64,000 nucleotides of DNA from contig NW_020845941.1 in the NCBI RefSeq assembly GCF_003704095.1, forward strand, positions 248,001-312,000. Direction: 5' to 3'. The notes under the pieces were generated by a model. It made no database searches and was not told where the DNA came from. It saw only the letters and a list, made by a program, of their open reading frames with translations. This DNA comes from Pocillopora damicornis (taxonomy: Eukaryota). Positions 29,413 through 39,816 of the stretch are shown here, one piece after another. The position numbers and the translations under genes are program-made. Position 1 is the stretch's first letter. Every line of letters starts with the position of its first letter.

Positions 29413-31098
29413 GGAAGACATTTTGCTTTTAATTTTTTTTGAGTCCTCTCAGCTCCGGCCATGTCCTTTCACCGTCAGTGGGATTGCAGAGCACTAAAAA
29501 AGCCTCGTTTATCACGGATTTTGTAAGTTTTGATCGAAGTTCGTGCTAAAGGGAAGTTCTTTTTGATCCTATTTATGTTTGTTGTGAACATTATTATTAA
29601 TTGAATTATTCAAATTTAAATCGATTTGTTTTTCTGGTCCACGTGTTTTTATTTCTCTCCGAGTACTCGTATTATTAATCACTGGGCCTCCTTTGGTGAC
29701 CAGTTTAACTTTATAAATACCAAAAGGGACACCTAATCGAAGTAAAAGTAGGCATCTGTCTCTTCAGACGCGACCAAAGTATTAGAGACAACGAAACACA
29801 ATTGTATAGTTGTTAGCAAGAAGGATCCCTCTTTCGAGAAGCCCTAAGAATTTTTACTTCCCCTTTTTTTTAATCTTTTTAAAACTTTTTCAGACACAGC
29901 ATTATTTAAATCTAATTGCCAAAAGAAAAGCAATAAAAGGTTCCAGATATTCAGTAACATTTTAACGAAAGCTTTAACGCCTTTTTCGGTTTCCCCCTTC
30001 AGGAACTACACGGTAGGGGGTGCGTTACATTCAATCATAATTGTAAGAGAACATAACCCTCTTTAGTCGTTTGGCAAACTGGCCGGGAAGAACAGGCATA
30101 AGCCACAATTTATGGCTGTTCACCTTTTATTGTACACTTTCAATGTTAAAGGAGGGAGGAATTGAACTAATACTGTAATTCTGGTACAATCGAAACAAAA
30201 CAAAAATGGTATTTAAATTCACAGAACTTCAAATTATTTCAAGACCGATTTGTTGATGTGAACTTTGTTCACCCTATTGTTTGCTTGTTTAATCACGCGC
30301 CGATATGCATCGACATTTAACTCACGACAGTCAATCAGCACTACATGAGCAACTTTTTCATCACCTTCACCGAATGAATGACCTTCGAAATCGGAGTAAT
30401 ACGCTGAAACAGATTTCCGTCAATGACAACATACTGCGATATGAACAGTTCTATAGTTTGATAAACGTAGCGAACAACTGTTACAAGAATACTAAGAATA
30501 TTCTTTTGAAGAATACATAATAAAGTATTATGGGTGAACTTTTTTTGTTGATCGAATTATTGAAATTCATTTCCAAAGGAATTTAGATGAGGAGGGTTGC
30601 GTGACTGTAATATGATCGAAAAGGCAAGAAGCGGGCTAACAATAGAAAGAACGTTTTCCGTGTGTGATTTATCTTTGATATCTAAATCTATCAGATTTCA
30701 GAGAACGCGCTTGGTGTATCCCAACACTTGAACGCACCTTGTCCGGTCCTTAGCTGACCATTAAGGAATGTTGGACACCTTATCATTTAAAAATTTCCAC
30801 AAAACAATTTTTTTAGTATTATTTTGTTTTATTTTTTAATTCATTTATTTATCTATTTATTATTAACTATTTGACACTTTAACGTGATATGGGAGAAGCT
30901 TTCGTGTAGATATGTGTCTAGATATTTGTTAACTTTTATATTTTATATTCCTAATATTATATTTTTAATTAATATTTACTGTAATCAGTCCTTTTTATCG
31001 TTATATTAAGTTACTTCTGCTCGTAGTTCAGCCATGTACACATGATCCCCCTGCTCGGATGTGGATGGCAACACGCTTAACATTAATAAAATGATTGA

Positions 31099-31354
31099 TT
31101 AAAATCTCATAGTATTTGTTCACTGTAATTCAGCAGCGCTGCCTTCATCAACACAGTAATTGAAGATATTAATCTTTCAATGACCGGTAGTGAGTACAAT
31201 TCTCAGAAACGGTAGTATTTTAGAATTTCGATATCCTTCGTAAGTGTTTTTATATTTAAACAAAGTAATGATAACAAGAAATACTCATACAAACACCCAG
31301 CAGGCGTCAAACGAATGATCAGAGAATTTGTTTTCGAAATTTTCAAACAAAGGA
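31099..31354. repeat. Non-coding direct duplication, copy 2
   Basis: See 29056-29412. Confidence 0.9.
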
Positions 31355-31511
31355 ATCCATTGATTGATTTATTAATTGTTATCTCTCAGATAAAGTCTGG
31401 AGTTTGGTGGACCAAGAAATCGCTGGTGCTCTTAACATGTTGTAACTTCGAATAAGGAGTCATCCAGAAAGTCAAATCAAGGTTCAATTCTGCTGTTCAA
31501 ACGTATCCTTT

Positions 31512-33728
31512 TCACGCATCCCCTTTTAGGCGATCCAAATATTTTTGTATCTCTGCAAAGTCCACAAAATCGTCTTCTCTCCGAGGGGAGATGATTATGT
31601 TTTCTTCAGTTTGTGTGCGACGCGGCATCTCTGTCTGCTCCGCAGCTGGGAAACCGCAAGGTTGTGAGTGTTTAGACCACGAATTTTTGTCAGTGTTGTC
31701 AGTGCCTTCCGCCTTCTGAGGAAAGCTGTTTTTCTTTCGCATATCTGTTCGTGAAGATCCTCGATTTTCAATGTCACCGTTAATTGTGACACAATCCAAT
31801 CTTCTTTTTTCGAATTGTGTCACGGTATCACCAGCTCTTTCCGTTTCTTGTGTTGCGATAGGTGCATCCTCAGGAACCCTCATATCAACAGGCTCGAGAT
31901 AATACTCTTCTTGAAAGTTCTCTACGTTGGGCTGTATTCCATCCGTTTCTTTACCTCGCTGGTCTTCCATAAAAATGTATACTTCTTCTGTTTCCAGTGA
32001 ATAATTAAAGGATTGATCATTAGGTTCTAGATCAACTAATCTAAAAACACGTCCATCATCTTTGACTTCTGTATACACGTCATCGGCGATAACATCAATG
32101 TAGTAATCATCATTGCTCGCGTCCAATGCATCCTGCTTATTGGCCGCACGCTTTGTCCTCAGGTGTCTTTGCTCAACTCCTTTCCAGTCAGTAACGTCAG
32201 TTACTAAGTATGCCAAACCCTCACCGCACGGAGGAGTCCTTGGGGGCAATGGTGGTGGTGGTGATGATGTTTTTCTTAGAAATTCATGTTTTGGTGGTAG
32301 CTCGGGGCAAGCATCGTCGGAATCATCTTCTGAGGAACTTCTACACAACAGTGACCATTCCGAGTCAGAGAAGTGGTAGATTTGCGTTTTCGGTGATGGA
32401 TCCACAACGTTGCTGTTATTATCTCCCGGCACCTCATTTCCTGTGCCAACGCGCTTTCTAGGCGTGGGAATTGGACGACGACGAGCTAGAGGATGGCTTT
32501 CCTCCGTGACGTCGTGTGCTGCGTGGTGTCGCGCGTTGTATGACGTCGTGTGTTGCGTGACGTCGTGTGGCGTTGATCTTGCGTTGTGAGACATCTTATG
32601 ATGAAGATTGAAGACGGCATCATGGGCTTCCTCGTACGCCTTTGACATTTTGTCGTTCAATTTTTTGTCAATTTCAAAGTTTTCATAGTTTCTTTCAGCT
32701 TCAGAGGAAGACTGTGACGAGGACCCTGACCTTCCGTATTTACGCTCTGTTTCCAGTTTGGTGTTTACACAAAGACCTTCAGTTCTTTCATTTGTTTTGT
32801 TCACGAACGTTTTGTTTTCAGTTTTTTCGGGTTTTGAAAGCGAAGGAGATTGAAGTAGCTCGAGATTGAAATGTATGACGGGATATGTTGTGAAATAAAA
32901 AGAGTTGGCTTTAAGTCTGTCGAGTCGATCCAACGCTTTCTCAGACACCGCAAGATGCTGTCTGCAATGTTTGATCTTTTCACTTGTTTCTTCCGTGACT
33001 TTAAACCCGCAACCAACTTTAATGTCTAATGTTTTTGGGAACACGCTTAGCGAGTAAAGGTTATCAATCGAAGCTGCAAACACCATTTCAACTTCTCTTT
33101 CGCCCCTTAAATCGATGTTTCCCAAGTTTGATAAATGTCGGGTGCAAGCTTCGAAGTAGTCGTCTTCTAGAGAAACAAATCGAACACTCACTGGCAGTGG
33201 ATAGTTGGCCATAACCTCCTCTAGCTGGTATTCTCTTGCGCCTAAGAGCGGCTGAAATGTCCCTGATAGTTCCAGTGGCAGCAAAACCTCTTCAAAACTA
33301 TCCATGCGACTTATTAGGCATTTCACGAGGTTACTATGAAATTTGTCGCTCTTTAAAATTATCAGTGTTGTTTCTGAATTGATTCCAACCGAAGGAATGT
33401 CCTCCAGAACACGGAAATTCTTCGTTTGATATCCAGTGCATAACTCTCTTATTGAACAGTATTTTTTGTGGCACCCTGAAGGAATAAGCTGAATCTTGGT
33501 TTTTGAATTCTTCGGCACACAAAGCTCTCGATTGAACTGATCGATCGCAACAATCATTTTTTCCTTCTCGACTTTGTATATAACGAGTACGTGGTCTACT
33601 TCAAGCGTTTCGTCAACATCAGGCCCAAAATATCCTTCTACGATATTGACTGCTATGGGAAGAGCAGAGCCATAACACTGAAGAAATGTTTTAAGGTTTA
33701 CAGCATTTGCTGGCCCATCGAACTCCAT
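31512..33728 (-). CDS. CABIT-domain adaptor 2 (no SAM), 738 aa from the first ATG, single exon
   Basis: LKTFLQCYGSALPIAVNIVEGYFG...VKCLISRMDSFEEVLLPLELSGTF...YPLPVSVRF. Closest paralog of gene 3. The ORF-track start at 33812 is TTG; the first ATG is at 33728. Confidence 0.88.
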   Translation of the reverse strand: MEFDGPANAVNLKTFLQCYGSALPIAVNIVEGYFGPDVDETLEVDHVLVIYKVEKEKMIVAIDQFNRELCVPKNSKTKIQLIPSGCHKKYCSIRELCTGYQTKNFRVLEDIPSVGINSETTLIILKSDKFHSNLVKCLISRMDSFEEVLLPLELSGTFQPLLGAREYQLEEVMANYPLPVSVRFVSLEDDYFEACTRHLSNLGNIDLRGEREVEMVFAASIDNLYSLSVFPKTLDIKVGCGFKVTEETSEKIKHCRQHLAVSEKALDRLDRLKANSFYFTTYPVIHFNLELLQSPSLSKPEKTENKTFVNKTNERTEGLCVNTKLETERKYGRSGSSSQSSSEAERNYENFEIDKKLNDKMSKAYEEAHDAVFNLHHKMSHNARSTPHDVTQHTTSYNARHHAAHDVTEESHPLARRRPIPTPRKRVGTGNEVPGDNNSNVVDPSPKTQIYHFSDSEWSLLCRSSSEDDSDDACPELPPKHEFLRKTSSPPPPLPPRTPPCGEGLAYLVTDVTDWKGVEQRHLRTKRAANKQDALDASNDDYYIDVIADDVYTEVKDDGRVFRLVDLEPNDQSFNYSLETEEVYIFMEDQRGKETDGIQPNVENFQEEYYLEPVDMRVPEDAPIATQETERAGDTVTQFEKRRLDCVTINGDIENRGSSRTDMRKKNSFPQKAEGTDNTDKNSWSKHSQPCGFPAAEQTEMPRRTQTEENIIISPRREDDFVDFAEIQKYLDRLKGDA

Positions 33729-34062
33729 TGTAAATAACTTGTGTTCAGTCGAAACGAAGGCGTATACCTCTTTCGGTGTTCGAATGGGTTCATTTGGTAG
33801 ACGTCGAGTCAAACTCCGGATAACGGATAGAAAAGAAGTCTTGACATTTGTCCAAAATTAATTACAAGGACAGATTGCTGACTGATATATACACTTAAAC
33901 AAAACAATGAGGTTTCCTGTGGTCCTGAAATTACCGTATTAGGCTTTGTGAATTGATCCTTCGGCTCGCGATAGTAGACTTATGAGGTCACGAGGCTACA
34001 TCTAAAGTCATTGGTTTGAGTCTGACGTGATATTTAAAACTCTAGATCCCTTATAATTCCGT

Positions 34063-34073
34063 GAAACTGAAAC
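34063..34073 (+). promoter_or_regulatory. ISRE/IRF-type site GAAACTGAAAC upstream of CABIT gene 2
   Basis: Matches GAAANNGAAAC, about 335 bp upstream of the ATG. Confidence 0.4.
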
Positions 34074-34544
34074 GTTTCCGTAGCTGTTTCTTCTAATGTC
34101 CCTTCTGACCGCGAGTTACAGCGAGAAATGTAAAAGATATATTGACAATATTCCTGTGAAAGCAGGAAATGGCCCCTTTTAGTCCTCAGGTCAAGGGAAG
34201 TACGAAGCTAAAAAAGATATTTAAAGAAATCAAATACTTCCAGTTTAACATTGTCAAAGATGTTGACACGTTCAAAAACAATTAGAAGTTTGCAATGATA
34301 ACATTTCATTATTTTATCTTTTTGTCTTTGTTACAAGGATCATTACAGGAGAAAGTTCAGTTTAACGCGTTAAAAATTTTAATTTATATCTTAAAGGTGA
34401 AGATCGATTTAAAGAATTTAAGTAAATCTCGAGGTGATTTCGGTCTTACTTTGTGAGATTGCTCCAAAAGCTTATGAAGCGTTCCAAAATAACTTAGTCA
34501 CTCAGTACAGCAGAGTGCGTTACTGGCTATAAGCCAGTATAAAC

Positions 34545-35095
34545 CACAAAACGAATCCCACAAATTCATCACAGTAAAAGATATAAAACGTCTCTAGAAT
34601 TAGTTGTTTAATTTTAAAAAGTGCTTCGGAGAGAGCTCGACAAAACTTCGAATCGTTTCGGTATACCGTCGGTCTTCTCGCTTCGGGAGGACTTCCTTAC
34701 TTTTTTACGAACATAAGAGCTAAGCCCAAGTGAAGGCTTCTGCGGCTTCGTGTTGCGGGAGAAAGTTCGGCGGTTTCAACGCATTTAAAATTATGTTGGC
34801 TAAGATCCACGCGTGCTCTGAAGCGTAGTACATTTGTTTGTTTATTTTAAAATTCTTAAATTATCTGATGAGTTTCTTCACCGAGAGGAAACGCCGCTCC
34901 ATTTCATTTTCTCAAGAAGTCCACAGTTTTTCTACAGAGCAAAGAAATCCAATCACAATCGTTCCACAACGAAATCATCACATTGAAAGACATAAAACGT
35001 CTCTAGAAATAGTAGTTTAATCCTAAAAAGTGATTTGGAGAGAGCTCAACAAAGCTTCGAATCGTTTCGGTATCATTTCGGTATACCGTCGCTCT
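34545..35095. repeat. ~130 bp direct duplication (~34545-34675 and ~34964-35095)
   Basis: Shared sequence ataaaacgtctctaga...aaaaagtg...ggagagagctc...cttcgaatcgtttcggtat...accgtcg. Confidence 0.85.
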
Positions 35096-35835
35096 TGATC
35101 CCGCGCAAGGAGAAGATTGCGCCGCGCATTGGAGCGGACTTACAAAGTTCATGATTTTTTGACAATGTCGGCGATGGAGTCGCAAAAAGCAGCTGCAGAT
35201 AGTCAATACAAATGCTATGATTTTATTGCCCTACTAACGCAGGTCTATTTTTTCCGGCTCTTGAAATAAAGAAGTTATTCTTGATTTCCGTGAAATCGAT
35301 TTTTTTGCTATGTAATAAATTCTTTATTAACCAAGCTTATTCGACTAAGATGGCAGGAAATTAGCCTCGCTTTTTCTGTACGTTTTTGCAGACTTCGAAT
35401 TGGTCTCGGTCCCTAACAACGCATAAATAGAACTTTGCTAATATTCGGCCATCTCGACGTCACGCTTTTTGGTTAATAACACATATGTATTATATATGAA
35501 ATCGAAAAGAAAGCACTCTAGTTAAAAAGAATCTATTACTAATACAAAATAGTTTGCTAGTCTTCTACCGTCACTTTTGCACATCCCCACCCCCCATCAG
35601 AGCCAAACACAGCAAACTTTATGAATACCGATCGAAAAGTTAAGGTGTTCACAAAAGTTTGTAGTATCTTGACGTGGTTGTTCATGTACTTCGAAAGATT
35701 TCACTTCGGTCACATCATAACAAATTATTTAATACTGAGTATTTACTCAATATCTTCTCGCTTAGTAATTAAATGTCAAAGAGTTACATAACCTGCTCTG
35801 CATACTCCAGGGGACGGTTACCCAGCGAGAGGATA

Positions 35836-38800
35836 TCACACACTTGGGAGTTCTGATACAAGTAGTTCATGTAAGTTACGGGTTTCTTGTTCGCCAGTAA
35901 TTTTTTCAGACGTGGCCTCTCTCTTTCTTTTGTCCGTTATTTGAAGCACATTCTGTTTGAGTTGGTCTGAATCACTTTCTTCATCTTCGACATTAACATA
36001 AACAGAATCTTCCTCCTCGCTAGGGTTGTCAAGTTGCAGATAACGTGATACTCGGTCGCCTTTTGTCACCTCTACAGTTTTGGAGGAGATTACACCAAGT
36101 CTGTCTTCATCGTCCACTCTCTCACTGACTCGATTAGTTTCCACATACTGATAGGGTTCATCATTTATATCACAGTATGCAAATTCGTCCTCATCAAAGT
36201 TTTTGAGCGACATTTGGGGTTCGTGATTAATATAATGTCTGTCGCAACATTCTTCGTAATCGTCGTCATCGTCCAAATCTGAACTATAGGGTTTTTCTTT
36301 TTCGACCTGTTTTGACTGATAGGGTATATCATTCATATCACAGTATGCAAATTCTTCTTCATCAAAGTTTTTGTGCAACATTTTTGGTTCTTGATTGATA
36401 AAATGTCGGTCGCAACATTCTTCGTAATCGTCGTCATCGTCCGAATCTGAATCATAGGGTTTTTCTTTTTCGACGTGGCGTGGGAGAGTATTGGAACAAT
36501 CATCTTGATTACGCTTTGAATTCCCACAGCTCATGTTCTCAGGAATTTCTTCGTAGACCTGATCTTCTTCGTCGTTGGAGTTATGGGTGGGGAATTTGTC
36601 AATTATTCCCTGCCCTTGGGGACTAATGGGATAATCTCCTCGATCAAGCTTCGCCCTCAGAGGACCAAAGTTCAGGTTTAGGGTTGAGGGCAGTCCTGTT
36701 TGTTTAGTCTGCATTTTCCCTATAGAATTTTCTTTTTTGTGTAATTTGGCTTTTCTTTGTGAATGTTCACAAAATGGTTTGGCGGAGTCGAGGTCATTGT
36801 GATTTTTGTCATGGGTGTTGCTCTTCGTTTTTTTCGAATCTTCATCGCGCTTAAGTTGTGAGGCGTTACCAGCTGGTAATTGCTGCTTATGGGCTTCTAC
36901 TAGTTTCAGCTCGTCTTTTGTTGCGACTTGTTTTTCTAAATCGGCTACCCTCGCATTAACTTTCCTTAGTTCATTCATGAGTTTGAAATGCCGTTGGATA
37001 TCCTTAAAATCCATAAAATCATCTTCGTTTGGGCTGGAAATGATGAAATTCCTCTCATCCCTCTGATTGGTAGCAATCGCTGTGTGATGACGTGTTTTGG
37101 TGACAACAGGTCTTGGTTGTGTACCAGAAATATTTGTTGCCGTCTCAATCGCTGCCGTTTTCTTCTTTTCTGAAGTTTCTTGGGGCCCTTCCATCTCCTG
37201 GTAAGATGCCTCTTTTACCTTACTCTGATTGTCGAAACTTGTTGGTGCCTTGGCTTTATCTCTTCTACCACCATCTCCGAGTTCAGGATTCTCGCCGTGG
37301 TTTAAAAGACACGCTGCATTGGAATCAGTGCAATCTGCAACCTCATGGTATGTTTTCCGGTCTTCCAGGTTTTGACGGTCTGGTTTCATTTCAAGGTACG
37401 TTGGTTCGTCATTCAGTGGACAAGTCAAATGTTCGGCATCATGGAGTCTGAAGACCTGTCCATCATCTCTTGCATTCGTGTAAACAGAATAGTCCTCCAC
37501 TATTTTTGTGACCTTTTCTTCAACTGATGTGCACTCAGCATTTCTTTCCACTTCTTCATAAATGTCCGTTCCATCCTGATCAGAGTCAGAAGAAGCCTCG
37601 TTTGGGTACTTTTCAGCCAATCCTGAATCCTTACATTTCATATCAACATAGGTGTTGTCGTCGTCGTTCAGTTGACAAACACCACCTGGTACAAAACTTT
37701 TCCCATCATCCATGGGATCGGTGTACAGAGCTCTCTCTTCAACTGCTTCCCAGTCCGTGACGTCAACCACTAAGTAGGCCAAATCTTCAGCCAATGCTGA
37801 ATTAACCGGTCTTGGAGGTAGAGGTGGTGGACTTTCGCCTAAAGCAGCATTTCTTTCTTCACTTGTCTCCAAAGCTCTTAGAAAAAGGGGCTTGGGTGGC
37901 AAGTCAGGGCCGCGCTCATAGTCATCATTTCCAGAGGAACTGCTAGACTGCGAAGATACAGACCTCCCGGTTAAATCATGATCTGAGCTTGAGTCTTGTG
38001 TTTGTGAAGACACAGGTTCGTCGTTGGAGTCATCCTGACACCGCAACGACATGGCATTGAGACGCTTCCTTGGTTTGGGAACCGGTTTCCAGTTAGTTTC
38101 AGGGCTTTGAATTTGCGTGACGTCCGAGTTTATCAACGGTGGTTTTGCTTGGCGGAGAGTCTTTGGGGGAAGAGGTGGAGCCTCATCTGCGACCTTTTCT
38201 AAAGTTTCCGAATCAACACTCTTAACAGTATTCCATTCAATTTCTATGTTTTCATAGTCGTCTTCATCTTGACACAAAGATTCTGAGATGCACTCTGATT
38301 GTGAACGGTCACGCTCTGGTTCTTTCGTCATGGCTGTCTCTTCAGGTTTTACGCCGGTTGTTTTCGTCTTCTTCGGAATCAGTGCTACTGACGGGGGTTG
38401 GAGCGATTCCAATTCAAAGCACCTAACTGGGAAGGCGCTTAAAAATGCAGAACTAGCAATTATTCTGTCAAGTCGTTTTAATGATTTTTCGTTCTCTGCA
38501 AGACTCTGTCTGCATGCTTTGATCTTTTTGCTTGTGTCTGCCGTGAGTCTGAAACCACAACTAACATAAATTTCTAGTGTTCTTGGGAAAACATACAGGG
38601 ACAATTGATCATCAGGCAAAGCTGCAAACACCATTTCTACTTCGGTTTCTTTGGTTAGACACACATTCCCCGGATTTGTCAAGAGTCCACGGCCTGGATC
38701 AGTATTCGCTTGTGATTGATAAACAAATCGAATGTTGACAGGAACCTGAAACTGCTCAAGAACCTCTTCCAGGTAGTACTCCCTCGCATCCAAGAGCGGC

Positions 38801-39267
38801 TGAAATTTACCTCTTAGTTGAATTGGTAGAAAAATTTCCTTGGAGTTATGCAAACCAATCAGTTCACATTTCACGGAGTTGTTACGAATAGGTCGGCCGC
38901 CTAACAGTATCAGCGTTGTTTCTGAAGAAATTCCATGCGAAGGAATGTCTTCTAAAACGCGGAAATACAGCGTCCGATGAACATCGAATAATTCTTGTAA
39001 TGAGTTGTATTCTTCTTCACTCCCGGGTGGAAGAAGCAAAACTTTCCGTTTCGAATTTCGTGGTATACAAACCTCTTGTTTGTAGTGATCAAGGCCTATT
39101 AGCATTTTCTGCTTCTCGACTTTGTAGATAACGAGTATTTGGTCAGCCTCTAAAGTGTCTTCCCCATAAAAACCCTCTGTGATCTTGACTACCTTGGGGA
39201 GAGTCGAGCCATAGCATCGAAGATATGTCGATAGATCGACGGGAACAACTTTACTGACGGAGTCCAT
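35836..39267 (-). CDS. CABIT-domain adaptor 3 (no SAM), 1143 aa, single exon
   Basis: LSTYLRCYGSTLPKVVKITEGFYG...VKCELIGLHNSKEIFLPIQLRGKF...VPVNIRF. The acidic tail has many Tyr motifs, PxxPxR/K motifs and a coiled coil. Confidence 0.9.
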   Translation of the reverse strand: MDSVSKVVPVDLSTYLRCYGSTLPKVVKITEGFYGEDTLEADQILVIYKVEKQKMLIGLDHYKQEVCIPRNSKRKVLLLPPGSEEEYNSLQELFDVHRTLYFRVLEDIPSHGISSETTLILLGGRPIRNNSVKCELIGLHNSKEIFLPIQLRGKFQPLLDAREYYLEEVLEQFQVPVNIRFVYQSQANTDPGRGLLTNPGNVCLTKETEVEMVFAALPDDQLSLYVFPRTLEIYVSCGFRLTADTSKKIKACRQSLAENEKSLKRLDRIIASSAFLSAFPVRCFELESLQPPSVALIPKKTKTTGVKPEETAMTKEPERDRSQSECISESLCQDEDDYENIEIEWNTVKSVDSETLEKVADEAPPLPPKTLRQAKPPLINSDVTQIQSPETNWKPVPKPRKRLNAMSLRCQDDSNDEPVSSQTQDSSSDHDLTGRSVSSQSSSSSGNDDYERGPDLPPKPLFLRALETSEERNAALGESPPPLPPRPVNSALAEDLAYLVVDVTDWEAVEERALYTDPMDDGKSFVPGGVCQLNDDDNTYVDMKCKDSGLAEKYPNEASSDSDQDGTDIYEEVERNAECTSVEEKVTKIVEDYSVYTNARDDGQVFRLHDAEHLTCPLNDEPTYLEMKPDRQNLEDRKTYHEVADCTDSNAACLLNHGENPELGDGGRRDKAKAPTSFDNQSKVKEASYQEMEGPQETSEKKKTAAIETATNISGTQPRPVVTKTRHHTAIATNQRDERNFIISSPNEDDFMDFKDIQRHFKLMNELRKVNARVADLEKQVATKDELKLVEAHKQQLPAGNASQLKRDEDSKKTKSNTHDKNHNDLDSAKPFCEHSQRKAKLHKKENSIGKMQTKQTGLPSTLNLNFGPLRAKLDRGDYPISPQGQGIIDKFPTHNSNDEEDQVYEEIPENMSCGNSKRNQDDCSNTLPRHVEKEKPYDSDSDDDDDYEECCDRHFINQEPKMLHKNFDEEEFAYCDMNDIPYQSKQVEKEKPYSSDLDDDDDYEECCDRHYINHEPQMSLKNFDEDEFAYCDINDEPYQYVETNRVSERVDDEDRLGVISSKTVEVTKGDRVSRYLQLDNPSEEEDSVYVNVEDEESDSDQLKQNVLQITDKRKREATSEKITGEQETRNLHELLVSELPSV
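36147..36474 (-). repeat. In-frame 168 bp (56 aa) tandem duplication in the gene 3 tail
   Basis: VEKEKPYxSDxDDDDDYEECCDRHxINxEPxMxxKNFDExEFAYCDxNDxPYQ occurs twice, with an offset of exactly 168 nt. Confidence 0.95.
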
Positions 39268-39806
39268 CGGAACTTTTTCTTCTAATCACAAAGAAGGAAT
39301 TGTAATGTTCTAGTTGAGGCGTGTCGAATGTCAACGAGCAATTGCAGGTCCGTCGCATAATAAAAGGAAGTCAGGTGAACTGAGAGGTCATCTTTGTGGT
39401 TTTATCGTTAATGACACGCCAAGAAGGGGAATGGGCCCATGCCCATAAATAGTTTTATCCAGTTCTCCAAGATATTCGATATATCCGACCCATTCAGCCA
39501 CTGGAGTAAAACATTGGTTTGAAGTTTGATTCTCATCTTTTCCTCCCTGTGAACTAGTACTCCTATAATACTGGAGTGGGACACTCTAGATCATGTTATT
39601 CACTAGTTATGTGTGACCAGTTGTCACGCGTTTCGTTAATGCAAGCTTTTTAGTTTTCTTAAACTTTTCAAAATTCCTTGAGAATGATTCAGTTTGTTGA
39701 TGCGCAGTACAAAATAACCTTGTTCTTTAAGGGTGTTGAAGAATCTCTTATATTCTGTGGGTTTTTCAAATTCCGATACCATTATGATGTTTGCCGTCAG
39801 TATCCA

Positions 39807-39816
39807 GGGACTTTCC
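39807..39816 (+). promoter_or_regulatory. Canonical NF-kB site GGGACTTTCC within the palindrome CCAGGGA-CTT-TCCCTGG
   Basis: Exact kB decamer 540 bp upstream of the gene 3 ATG, in the divergent gene 3/4 intergenic region. Confidence 0.55.

Noticed and set aside
33729-33812. N-terminal extensions given by the ORF track for gene 2, and likewise gene 5 (50871), gene 7 (62043) and C19orf12-A (8724)
   Set aside because: They begin at TTG/GTG codons. In a eukaryote the first ATG, or a spliced ATG exon for gene 7, fits the paralog alignment better.
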